From NCBI GenBank assembly GCA_951406725.2, contig OX597817.1:112716001-112780000 (forward strand): a DNA stretch of 64,000 nt, read 5' to 3'. The stretch is from Octopus vulgaris (lineage: Eukaryota). This document shows positions 13,263 through 25,720 of the stretch, piece after piece. Within the stretch, counting starts at the first letter, position 1, and each line of letters starts with the position of its first letter. A program made the position numbers and the translations under genes. A model generated the notes under the pieces. It searched no databases and was not told the origin of the DNA. It saw nothing but the letters and a program-made list of their open reading frames with translations.

Positions 13263-15942
13263 ACAAAATATATACATTATATTATATTATATTATATATA
13301 TATATTTAGCTTATGTTATATAAGCAGACAAATAGATCATCATCATCATCATTTAACGTCCGCTTTCCATGCTAGCATGGGTTGGACGGTACATAAGTAA
13401 TAAAAAACTATAATGCAAAATTAATTTTCCCATTGATTTTCAAATTACAATATGATAATGCATTCCTTGGATATTTAAAAAACAAAAATGATAAGAATTA
13501 TGCATAAAAATATTTTCTATACATACAGTACAATATGTATGCATAAATGCATTTGGAGAGAAAAAATAAGAATCATTGAGAAAATGAGAATAAATAAAAA
13601 TCATATCATAATAGGGTACATTCTTACCACAAAAGAATGTACTAATTTTATTGACCCTGAAAAGATGAAAGACAATGTTGACCTCAACAGGATTTGAACT
13701 CCGAATTTAAAGACAGACAAAATGCCGTTAAGCGTTTTTCCCTGGATGCTAACAATTCTGCCAGCTTTGCTGCCTTAGGCAAAGAGAAATAATGAGAAAT
13801 AAAGGGTGTAGTGGTTTAAGGGAGAAGCCTACTTACCCCACTCCAGTAAATATGAAAATTTGATGAAATTATACCCATGAAGCTTTGGAAATCCAACATT
13901 CTTGGGCTGTTTATACCCAGAAATTTCCAACTTATGACTTTTAACTAAGAAACTAAAACAGCTTAAACTATAGTAAAAAATAAATTTTATTAATTGACAA
14001 AAATTATGCTTTATAAAATACCAATGAAGAATTTAAGATGAAGAAAGAAAATGCAAATAAAACAGCAGTAGATTAATTAAATGACACAAGTCAGAAAGCA
14101 GTACAGAAGACACAAGTCAAGCCAACCAGTTGAGTCAAAATGGGTTTGATCATATTTCCATTCCCAAGAAACAGAGCTCACTGTGAGTCTCCTTATAGGC
14201 CCAAGATGTGCCCAGCACCACCATCTTGGATATTCTCATGTAGAAAATTGTGATGGCATTTTATGTCACTCTTATCCAGTCTGTCACTGTCTAAGTCATA
14301 TCTAGACATGATGACCAGGAGATGAGTGATAAGCAAGCACAGTAGAATAACAGTAAACAGTTTTATTAAATTTTCTTTTTAAATAATAAGTTATCAAAAC
14401 CAAAAACAATTTTTAGAAAATTTTAAATACTTTAAAAAAAAATTTGTTTTTTGTGTTGACGATATTCAAATGTAAATAATCTTTTATAAATACATTTTTA
14501 AAAAAACTTTAACATAACAATTTTGGCAATGATAAATTCCTAATGACTAATTCCATTAATTTATCAAATTTTGATATATTTTCATATCTTTTTGATAATT
14601 TGTTTTTTTTTTAGTTATGTCTAGCTATTGATAATTATGATGGAATAAATAATCATTTTAGTTTGGCATAAAGTAAAGGTGAGGAGCTAGCAGAGACATT
14701 AGCATGCCAAACAAAATGCTTACTGGTATTTCAACCATCTTTACGTTCTGAGTTCAAAGTTGACTTTGCCTTTCATCCTTTTGAGATTGATAAGTTAAGT
14801 ACCAGTGAAACACTGGTGTAGATGTAATTGACCAGTCCCTTCCTACCAAAATTTCAAGCCTAGAAAAGACTTTGATATAAGGTAAAAACTTAGTGACAAC
14901 TAATATTTTCTTGATACTTTTTTGGTAATTGTTGCATCTGAAGGATACTAAATTGTTAAAATAAATTAAAATTTTCAAAAATTATTTTTGTTTGGCACGA
15001 TTTTGTTTCTTGATAGCTTCTCCTTTGTCTAGGGTTCACATCGTTGATACTTTCATGGACTATGACATTTAAAAAAATATATAATAATAAAATAAATGAT
15101 GTTAGCCATCAAAGAAAGTTGCCCTCTTTATATCAATATAAAAATTATATTCTAAAAGTTCTTGACATTTATGTTTTATAATTGAGTTGTCAACAATATA
15201 TTTCAAACCACACTCATTGTATTTTTGGATCCTGTATCAGGCCCCTTACCTCAAACAGGATCAACAGTGTCCTTGATAAGATAATACTTAAAAATTAAGT
15301 TAATTAAAATCATTATGTCAATGATTCAGAGGATTGGATAGCAAAGACCTACAGCTCACATTTAACCCTTTAGCATTTAAACCAGCCACATCCAGCCAAA
15401 AATATTCTGCCTGTTTTATGTTCAAACTAGCCAAGTTCAAAACAATGTGGATAAAAAAGGATTAATTTTGGCAGAATAATGTGAACACTAAAGGATTAAA
15501 CCACCCTGTGTAATTTGATCTTTTCCCTCTAAAATCTCTTAAACTACCTTTAATATCTCTTTTTCTCTCAGAAGATATCACTATTATCTTCCCAATTCCT
15601 GAATTTTTCCCAAATTTCCCAAAACAAAGTCCCAAAAGTTTTCTCTGAAATACAATTCTAATATCTATAAACCTAGAAACGAAAACCTTTTTTTACTTGC
15701 ACCCATAATTATAAACAATGTTGCAATTGACATTTCTGTTAAAGATAAAGTAACTAAAGAGTTATCGTATAAATTATAAACTTAAGCATTAATTATATTG
15801 TTACACATTATTTGTTCCTAATGAAGATTTTACCCATCCATTTGCTCCACCCACTATTCCTGAGAGCATCATGGGGATAGTGTTCCCAGGCATCTCTTAC
15901 ATAAGGGCCTCTCAGAAGAAATTGTCATTACACTTTCTGTAA

Positions 15943-15974
<32 letters not shown>

Positions 15975-17802
15975 TTGGGTAGCTGTTGACTCTCACGAAT
16001 TCCTCTGCCCTTTGATGGGCTTTGTTTTTCCTCCTACAGGGTGTCCAAATATCACCCCCTTCACAAAGCAAGCTTGGAGCTGTCAGTTTAGTTGCTGATA
16101 TCGCAACCAATGCGACACGTTATACTGGGTTACATGTTACCAACTGCACTCAAAAGCAACTTTACATAGAAAAAAAAAAACCCCTGTAGGTTACATGGAA
16201 AATTTAAGTAGCACTTGAGCATTCATAACAGATAAGCAGAAAATAGAGCCAATACTGGAATGAGCCATTGCTGCAGTATATGTGATCAGCTATTTAAATG
16301 CCTTTCAGGACTCAAAAGTCATTTAATTTCTGATGCTAAGAAAGAGCAATTATAGTTAGTAACATCCTGAGTACAACCATGAAAGTCCAGCCATCTGAAG
16401 CATTATAGATTTTCAACCACCAGTAATCAATGAAGACCATGACTGACTATGCAGCACTTTAACAAGGAACATAGTCACCTGGGATGGTAGCACAGAACCA
16501 CAACTGCTCCTGACTGAAACTGCAGAAGTGGCAGTATTTAATTAGCACAAATGTGAAGGATACCTTAACCACCACAACTACACTATCTGACCCTTAGTTG
16601 AAGGTATGCCAATCATGTACCACACAAGACATAGGGGACTTGAATTTGGAGATTTCCCTAACTATAACTAGAGAATCAATACTCAGTGGGTTCACTGCAT
16701 GCTTGGTTCACCAACCAAAGTATTTCTTCATCCTCGTTCTCTCACTTACTCTCACACTTTCTCTCTCTCTCACTTTCTCTCTCTCTCTCACTCTCTCTCT
16801 CTCTCTCTCACTCACACACACACACATACACATCATTTGATTTAGGGAGGAAACAGAACAAAAAGAAGTTAGGAAAAGACGGTAGTGTGGATATTATGCA
16901 GATGCTGGACTAGCATAAGGTATCTGAAGTGAGAAAGAGCCAAACACACATCAGACTCATTCATTCTCATGCAATATAATAATTTGTAAATATGATGTTG
17001 CCTTTTACATTTACAACACTTTGGTACAACTACAGTTTGGTGTTTCTCCAACTTTGTTTCCTAACAATCTTCTGAAAAAACACCCCTATTTTAAATGCGA
17101 TTTTGCAGTTTGGTTTATGGGGAATGATTTTTGGTTTTTTTTTTTTTTTTGCAAAAAAAAAAAACTCAGGAGTTTGAGATTATTATCCACCTTCCAGATC
17201 TTGTTTCCTCAAAACTCTCTCTAAAATACAAATTCTTTAAATGATATTTTGCAGAAATACATTTTCAAGAGTGAAGAGTACATAATGTTGATGTTTCAAT
17301 CATAGAAATCTGGAAAAAATGTGAATAACTGCAGAAATTAAGAAAATTAGTGAGAAATAAGTAGAAGGTGAGAGTAAAACTCTCTGAAATTTTATAAAAT
17401 ATATTTTTTCTTTTCTGAATCTTATGCCTTCAAAAGTGTATCACTACAAAATTTCATGAAAAGATAAGAAAGCATTTTTCAGAAAATTCTACCAACCTGC
17501 TACACTTTAGATAACACATGTGTGTGTGTAGGTGTGATGCTTAACCTATACTTCATTTTCCTCAATACAATTATATGCTATGTTGCTCCATGTCAAAAGT
17601 AATAAAGTAGAATTATGATTAAAGGTATTTTAGTCACGGCTATTGTGTCTCCTCCAGTATGCAGGGAACCAGGACTGCAGTATTCAATATACTCTATTTG
17701 AAGAGGTTACCGTGTGAATTGAGGGTGATTTGGCTGCTGTTTGCATGAGATCTAATTACCATGAAAAGGTCTTCCTCAATGGCTCATCCATCCATCTATA
17801 AA

Positions 17803-18165
17803 TACAAGGGTCAGCTGAAAAGTTCATATGCTGATCCAAATACTCTCATGGAATGTGACCAAATCAGGTTTATTTTTCAACATAGTCCCCCGTGTAGTCG
17901 ACACACTTCTTCCATCAGTGTTGCAGTGCTTGGATCCCATTAGTGAAGAAACTTTTATCCAGTTGGTCCAAAAAAGTCATCGACAGCTGATGTGATGCCA
18001 TCATCAATGCAGTACTGGTTCCCAACCAAGTGTTTTCTTCATGTTGAGAAACAGATGATAGTCAGATGGGGCCAAATCATGGGTATAGGGAGGCTGATCA
18101 ACCAGTTCAAAGTCACAGTCACATACAACAGCCATTGAAACCAAGGACTTGTGTACTGTATGATC
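17803..18165 (-). mobile_element. mariner transposon 3' fragment
   Basis: FELVDQPPYTHDLAPSDYHLFLNMKK motif; TIR-like end ta|caagggtcagctgaaaagttc. Confidence 0.75.
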
Positions 18166-19605
18166 AGTCTCTCTCCCAAATATACACAATACTGTCATCT
18201 AACAGGCTTAGTATCTGAGTGCCCATGTTAAATGGCTAGTTCCCAAACAACTAACGTGCATTCATCCCATTTTGGCAGTTATTCTGTTTTGACTCCAGCA
18301 AACACAAGACTTAGAAATATACAAAAAGAAATATGCAAAAAAGAAATATACAAAAATAAAATTATAGCCTAGGGTGATCTGCATAATTTAAAAAAAAAGG
18401 AGCAAAAAGAAATTACTCAGAATGGCCAATGGCATTAAAAGTGTATTAAATAACATATAATATGTATATTCTATATTTATTGAAATTGTTTATGCTTTGA
18501 GAGAAAGTAAACAAACACCTAGTAGCTATTGCAATCAACCCTGAATGTGAAAGGGTGATAATGTCAATAAAAGCAATTCTCTGAAACTGGCATGCCAGGA
18601 AGGAAAATCAGTCTGAGAGAAGACAGCTGTGGACATATGATTGCAGGAATCTTTTGTTGTAGGCATTGGCAAATTGAAATATTCAAAACTCTGTAAGAAA
18701 ATGTAAAAACAAATAGATGAAAGCTATAAATTCATTGCTTTTATGAACACAACGTCAGCTGGACTCCTGGTGATAGGTTGAGAACACTGATATTAAGATT
18801 TCATGTAACTCTTAAGTCCATTCTATGCTGTTCGTGCACAATGTTTGATCTTTTGGATCAACAGAATGAAAAGAGTGGCTAAAGGAGTTATGACTTTGAA
18901 GTAATGACTTAAAGGCATTGAGGGTTCGCTGACCACCAACTAAAAATGCAGATACCTAGTTACATATAATCAAGGATGATTAGTAAAAAAGTTGCATGAA
19001 TTCGATCAGGAACAGACATAGAATACATTTAAGATGGTGGTATTCAGGGCCAGCTGAAGGTACCAACAACTCAGATGGGTCGCCCAGTGACTCCACATAC
19101 TAAAAGAACCATGTCTTTTTTTGAAATCTTTCAAATACAATGATATTAAAATTGAATCACTTTTGTCATAGAAACTATTTTAGTTAGGATAAGGTAAGTT
19201 TTTCTACATCATCAATATTTTTCATCATATTCTATGAAAAGAAAATTTATTACATCTACAGGAGATCAATCCCACCCTAAATTCTTCACACAATTTTTGT
19301 TACCAACAATTATCAATAACACATGTCCAGTTTCACCTATATTTGGTTTATATTAATGAAAGGATTAGAAACTTTGTTTATAACACTTTTATTTTCCTAT
19401 TTTCACTTTATTTTTTCCTTGTTAAGATTTTTAAAATTAATAGTTTACAAGGTGCAGAAATTAAGGTTCCCATGCCAGGAAACTGAAGGATTCCACTAAC
19501 AATAGATTCCAGAAGCCCTGTTGATACTCCGCACTCTATCTTGTGAAAAGCTTTGGTAATAAATGTTTGGATACTTGAACTTTATGTACCTAAAAAGAAA
19601 GATCC

Positions 19606-19639
<34 letters not shown>

Positions 19640-19714
19640 CAATATTAAATGCTTAATTTGGGGAAAAAAAGTAAAAATGTGTGTGTGCATATTATATATA
19701 TATATAGAGAGAGA

Positions 19715-20399
19715 AAAATTTATTTAGAGAATAGGTTGGTTACATCCAAGGGAATACTGGTTTGATACCTAGTATTATTGTGGAATGAAATTCCCTGAAA
19801 AAAATTGGTGTATATCAGGCATATAGTTCATATCCAGTTAAATGAAGAAAAGAAAATTGGGAGTTGAAAGTTAATATTTTGTGGTGTCTGGGGAGGGTCA
19901 TTCTCTTTTACTGTCTTATTATTTAACACACTCACCGGTAAAGTTTTCACTCATTTACTTATTTATTTTCCCGAAAATTTTCATTGCATCTTGCAATCTT
20001 TGCAATAGTCGTTGGTAATCTTTACATTACAGCTGTTTCCATTAATACTCGATAATTAAATTACAAATTTGCGCATTAAATTTGCTTTAATATGCTATGA
20101 GCATAGTTTCATCAGAGAAAAAAAAGATATACCCAAAGATGTTACACGCTGACCTATCAGTTCATACTAGCAAACTGATAGGTTGGCATGTAACATATTA
20201 AGGTAGATCTTTTTTCTCTGATAAAATTATACTCATAGCATATTAAAGCAAATTTAATGCACAGATTTGTAATTTAATTGTTGAGTATGAATGGAAACAA
20301 CTGTAAGAGTAAAGATTACCAATTTCTTAATAATGGATAATTATTAACTTTCAACTCTCCATTTTCTTTTCTTCATTTAACTGGATATGAATTATATGC
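19715..20399. mobile_element. Head-to-head inverted element (PLE pseudo-LTR-like) with a hammerhead motif in each arm
   Basis: 20012-20162 is inverted at 20173-20322, and 19818-19876 at about 20344-20399. The minus arm reads CUGAUGA...GAAAC AGCU GUA; the plus arm reads CUGAUAA...GAAAC AACU GUA. Confidence 0.65.
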
Positions 20400-20800
20400 T
20401 GGCCGTGTGGTAAGTAGCTTGCTAACAATCACATGGTTCCGGGTTCAGTCCCACTGCGTGGCATCTTGGGCAAGTGTCTTCTGCTATAGCCCCGGGCCGA
20501 CCAATGCCTTGTGAGTGGATTTGGTAGATGGAAACTGAAAGAAGCCTGTCGTATATATGTATATATATATATATATATGTGTGTGTGCGTATATGTTTGT
20601 GTGTTTGTCCCCCTAGCATTGCTTGACAACCGATGCTGGTGTGTTTACGTCCCCGTCACTTAGCGGTTCGGCAAAAGAGACCGATAGAATAAGTACTGGG
20701 CTTACAAAGAATAAGTCCCGGGGTCGATTTGCTCGACTACAGGCGGTGCTCCAGCATGGCCGCAGTCAAATGACTGAAACAAGTAAAAGAGTAAAAGAGA
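20400..20800 (+). mobile_element. tRNA-derived SINE (family A), young CpG-rich copy
   Basis: gtggtaagtagcttgct...ggttccgggttcagtcccactgcgtggc... through ...gactgaaacaagtaaaagag. Confidence 0.85.
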
Positions 20801-20824
20801 AAGAGTATACATACATACACATTC

Positions 20825-20874
<50 letters not shown>

Positions 20875-21247
20875 ACTTTCTTTTCTCCAAGTCAAGCATT
20901 AAATACTGCCAGTTAAATCAAATAAATAGTTTAATTTTAAAAATTGAACACACATCTACTTTGGGCCTGATACAAAATTCAAAACTACATCTGAAAGTGT
21001 AATGTGATATAATATATTCTACCAGAATATTTGAATCTGATTTAATTTCCTTTCCAGTCTGAAACTGAATTTTTACTAGTTAAGCTGAAGAGGAGTAGGA
21101 AAATAGCTCTCAAAAATGTAGGTGTCATTTCCTTTAAATAAAATTCCAGAAGTTGTGCAAAAATCCGGAATTTTCTCATCAAAAGTCAAATTCTAAGTTT
21201 CCTATTGAAGACACACTTGTACACATACATATCATCATACACACATC

Positions 21248-21293
<46 letters not shown>

Positions 21294-21294
21294 T

Positions 21295-21535
21295 TAACTG
21301 GTGGTGGTGTAACACACCATACTAATCATATCTGTCGGGCATGTGGAAGAGAGTGTAATTTGGCAGGAGGACTTAAACAACATGCAAAGGTACATGAAGC
21401 CCAGTTACAACTACAGCCGGCTATTACCAGTAAAGGTTTTAGTTGCCAATTTTGTACAAGACATTGTAGATCACAGCACCAGTAACAGTTAAGCTTCGTG
21501 CAATGGCCATACTTGATAACAAGGGGGCAGCCATA
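21295..21535 (+). mobile_element. LINE (RTE-like) 3' end encoding C2H2-type zinc fingers
   Basis: HICRACGRECNLAGGLKQHAKVH...FSCQFCTRHCRS, then a short 3' tail, flanked by (TA)n. No splice context seen. Confidence 0.5.
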
Positions 21536-21549
21536 ATATATATATATAT

Positions 21550-21689
21550 ATTGGCATTAGGAAGGGCATCCAGCTGTAGAAACACTGCCAGATCAGACTG
21601 AAGCCTGGTGCAGCCCTGGCTTCCCAGACGAACCGTCCAACCCGTGCTAGTGCGGAAAACGGACGTTAAACGATGATGATGATGATGAT

Positions 21690-21690
<1 letters not shown>
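21550..21690 (+). mobile_element. Short retroposon / RTE 3' tail (family D) ending in (GAT)n
   Basis: ttggcattaggaagggcatccagctgtagaaac...aaccgtccaacc...ggacgttaaacgatgatg. The same tail occurs at about 11960-12077, 35200-35345, 50800-50950 and 56770-56920, and reversed at about 7370-7510, 35700-35805 and 63070-63260. Confidence 0.7.
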
Positions 21691-21743
<53 letters not shown>

Positions 21744-21951
21744 GATAGAGAGAGAGAGAGAAAGAGAGAATGATACCAATATCACTATGGTTGTTTCGAC
21801 ACATTTTCACACCTGTAGTACATAGATGCTTACAAGGTGTGGAATATGCTTCCTCAGAAGATTATACAAATATGCTCATCCTCTCACCATTTCTCTGCAC
21901 AGGATTCTATAAAATTTTTAACTGAATCTCAATTAACTACATATATATATA

Positions 21952-22345
21952 TTGTTTTACTCTTTTACTTGTTTCAGTCATTTGACTGCGGCTATGCTGG
22001 AGCACTGCCTTTAGTCAAGCAAATCGACCCCCAGGACTTATTCTTTGTAAGCCTAGCACTTATTCTATTGGTCTATTTTGCTGAACTGCCGAGTTACGGG
22101 GACGTTAACACACCAGCATCAGTTGTCAAGCAATGTTGGGGTGACAAACACATACACACACATACATATTTATATTTATATATATACGACAGGCTTCTTT
22201 CAGTTTCCGTCTACCAAATCCACTCACAAGGCTTTGGTCGGCCTCAGGCTATAGTAGAAGAAACTTTACCCAGGTGCCACGCAGTGAGACTGAACTCGAA
22301 ACCATGTGGTTGATAAGCAAGCTACTTACCACACAGCCACTCCTG
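21952..22345 (-). mobile_element. tRNA-derived SINE (family A)
   Basis: Reverse complement of 20400-20800 type sequence over its full length. Confidence 0.85.
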
Positions 22346-22562
22346 GGTCCGTGTGTATCACGTCAGGCTAGAAATGGGGACGATGACTTCCCTTTGTAAA
22401 TACTGATAGGACACAGATAGTGTGTCAATAGGCAGCTGGAGGAAATGTCTTTCTGGGGCTACAAGCTACAGTAGCATCAACCCTTAAGGGTTAGCCACAA
22501 CTAGATGGCAAATATACTTCACGAATATACCTCGCTCAGAGATTTATTATATATATATATAT

Positions 22563-22757
22563 AGTTAATCCAAACAAGAAAGCACGTAAAAACACAACAA
22601 CGCGAGGACGTGGAACAAATATAATATTATAAGACGCTCAGGAAAGAAGGAAAGAAGGAGGGTTTAACGTTTTGAGCGGAGCTCTTCGTCGGAAACATAG
22701 GAAGGAAAGATCCAGAGAAGGGAAGACAGAGGGGAAAAAATCGCCAACGGTACACAC
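22563..22757 (-). mobile_element. Solo PLE pseudo-LTR with mutated hammerhead motif
   Basis: Close match to 59181-59400. Minus strand reads GUUU CCGACGA A GAGC UCC GCUC AAAAC GUU AAAC (G12 changed to A). The 3' end abuts (TA)n. Confidence 0.75.
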
Positions 22758-23610
22758 AATTCTTTAACAAGAATAGTGTTGAATGTCACTTCAACGTTTG
22801 AGCCTGCTTGGCCTTTATTAGGCCAAGCAGGCTCACCAAGCCTATTTCGAAGTCACTTTCATCACTATTCTTGTTGAAAAATAACTAATATGTACTCAAT
22901 AAAAATATTGTGTAAATCCTTCAATTTAATGCCAAGTTGTTTTGATACTAACTCGACATAAAAACAAATATTAATGTATGTTGTATATATGTATATATAC
23001 ACGCGTGCGCGCACGTACACACACTCTCTCTTTCTCTCTTTTTCTCCCTCTCTCAGAGGGCATAAGAGAGAAAATTTGTCAAAGGGTACGAAGTTTCTTT
23101 CGAGACTCCTTCCCTTCTGTAAATGCTAGTCTGCAACATAACGAAATATTTTCTGAAATCCAGGAAATTCGTGGACCTGACAACGATATACTTACTCCTC
23201 TGTACCCCTTCTCAAAGTCCCCTCTCCACGTACGCACACGCGCACACACACGTACACACACTCTCTCTCTCTCTCTTTCTCACACACACACACACATACA
23301 GATACACGTGCGCATGCATTCATACATTAAAAGAAACATAAATAAAGCAACAGGATTCCTACCAAGTGTTTAGAAAAGGTCAGCAGAATGTCGCTCCAAA
23401 GAAATTTAGGAGAAAAGCAGAAAGGAAGACAGTCAGATAGATATAAAAAGGAGATTGCTGATATGAACAGTCAAGATAAATAGATGTACAAATATATGAA
23501 TTTGATAAATAAAAAAACGTTTTAATAGGAAGTGGGGAGAGTGTTTGTGTAAAACTAATAACATACATACACAGAATCTCAAAAATAGACACCCCTCATA
23601 TATTTTACAC

Positions 23611-23659
<49 letters not shown>

Positions 23660-23747
23660 TACTTATATATGCATGTGTGAGTATAAAAATATTATATATT
23701 TATATATATTAATATGTGTGTGTATGTGTATATATATCTATATCTAT

Positions 23748-23801
<54 letters not shown>

Positions 23802-24238
23802 GTGTACACACACGTGTGTATGTATGTATGTACGTATGTGTTTGCCCAATTATGTTTCAGAAGTCCGGCTTAAGTTTAGTTCAGTATTAGATACAACGTC
23901 ACGTATAAAATATCCTATGTATTAACCTCTGTTTAACAATTTGCAGTATAACGAAATATTACTAGTTCTTATTAATTAATTACCCAAGAAATGAAACTCA
24001 GCGCCAATTACATCTCACCCTCATCCATTTTTCTTATTCCATTTCATATCCGAGCTTTTTCCAAAGTTTCTTTTTCCCGTTTTCCTATTTACTTCGTAAA
24101 TATGAAACTTAATTCCCGAAAGCAATTTTAAAAGTTTTCAAAATAAAGAAAATCACCAAAAAAACTTAGATTCCCCTATGAGTTCTCTTATCTCAGTTCT
24201 TCAACCCTGCGAATATGGGGGGAAAAAAGTGTACTTAC

Positions 24239-24417
24239 AACAGTGTAGTTTCCAGTGGCACTCGAACAACCTTAGTTAATCCTTTATACATGCATAGCAC
24301 TTTGTTATCATTGCATTGGCATTCCCTGGGGCAACGACCAAGTGTGCCGGTCCAAATACTGGCCAACGTTAAGAAAGTAAGTAAAGACCGACAAAATAAG
24401 CGCACTTGATTCGACAT
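24239..24417 (-). CDS. PXDN: First coding exon of a secreted/membrane LRR protein, probably peroxidasin (signal peptide plus LRRNT); symbol tentative
   Basis: MSNQVRLFCRSLLTFLTLASIWTGTLG (signal peptide) then CPRECQCNDNKVLCMYKGLTKVVRVPLETTL(L). This has the gap-free CPxxCxCxxxxVxCMxxxLxxVxxVxxxTxxL spacing of peroxidasin N-termini as I recall them. It ends at a phase-2 GTAAGT donor (24238-24233). No convincing downstream LRR exon found in the window. Confidence 0.6.
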
Positions 24418-25720
24418 CCCGCCTCTCTCGTCTGATTTCTTCTACTAAGAGCAACTTTTTTTTTTCTTTTTCGCTGCCGGCAATGCCAAATAGCGAGATG
24501 CAGAGGCTGATGATGACGGGCGACAGCTAACTTCTCACCTCTCCCACTCGCTTTCTCTTTATCTATTTATTTATTCATCTTGCATCTTCTGGTTCCTGCT
24601 TTGCTGTGTCATTTAACATAACACGCTCGTCAAATGCGAAGCCCATTTTCAATATTTGTCGTCAATTACAAAAAAATAACACTAAGTAATAAATAGATAG
24701 TTAAATACGAACGAAATAGTTTTTCTAACGTATGGAACCTTTTCTTCAGAGACAAAATAAATATACAATGCTAAAATACTTTGAAATATGAAGAATTCGT
24801 GCAGAAATCTAAATGGTAATACTAGTTACTTTCTCTATCAACCCAATACTATTTCTGATAAGGCTAGAGTTGTATAACTTTCACTAGTAAGCCATATGGT
24901 CACTGTTTACATAAACTTTTTTGTTTAGTTCCGGGACCCCTGTGATCAGAAGTGATCCACCCGTGACCATCCCGTTTTCTTTTCTTTTTTTTTTCTTATC
25001 TTGGAATAAATCGTTCAATGAGTTCATTTTTAAGACGACAGGGACTAATTTGAAGGAGACTTGGCTGTTATTTCTAGCAGAGGGGGCGATCTCGTAGAGA
25101 TTCCCTTGTTGGGTCGTAACGGTTATGTTGTTGTACATGTTAGAGGCAGCTTAAACTCCTGAGTAACCAACCGATTTTTAAATTGTTGATCTAGCAATAG
25201 TTTTCCGTTGCCTGTTCCACTCACTGGCGCTTTTCCAGTGCAAGCTCACAAGATATCGTCTATTTATGGTGGTAGGTGTTATGGACAGTTTATTGTACTG
25301 CTAAATGTTTAAACTATAGACATTCACGGAGCAAGGAACAACTGTACAATCAACCCACATATCAGCTAATAACGAAACAAAAATCGGAGAAAATAAGTAA
25401 TAACTCTTTCCTTGATCAAAGTAACCCATACCCATCTGTCAAATCTGCTCTCGTTAATGTTTCTCCTCACTTCAGTCGTTACCCACCTGCGAACACTAGT
25501 TTCCCTACCTCCTTCCTTATTATTTATTGCTAATTTCCCATCCCTCTACAAGCTCACTCCAATTTATCCAGAATCACTATTTCTTATTCAGTCCAGTAGT
25601 TGCTGGCGGAAACATTGATGAGAGTCAGGCTACAAAGTAAACACTTCTTTCTTGACTATTACTAGTTAATATTTAATTTCTCTACGACAAAGGATTCTTC
25701 TTGAAACGTCAGCGTTAGAC
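24418..25720. promoter_or_regulatory. Putative 5' UTR/promoter region, relatively CpG-rich unique sequence
   Basis: Mostly non-repetitive sequence upstream of the ATG with visibly more CpG than the flanks (judged by eye). TSS not located. Confidence 0.35.

Noticed and set aside
16869-19590. Candidate second exons after acceptor-like sites near 16923, 18686 and 19589
   Set aside because: They hit stops or lack a donor at LRR-exon length, and none has the expected LxLxxNxI pattern.
21153-21485. Host C2H2 zinc-finger gene
   Set aside because: Short, frameshifted in the second finger, bounded by (TA)n and followed by a LINE-like tail; more likely a retroelement C-terminus.
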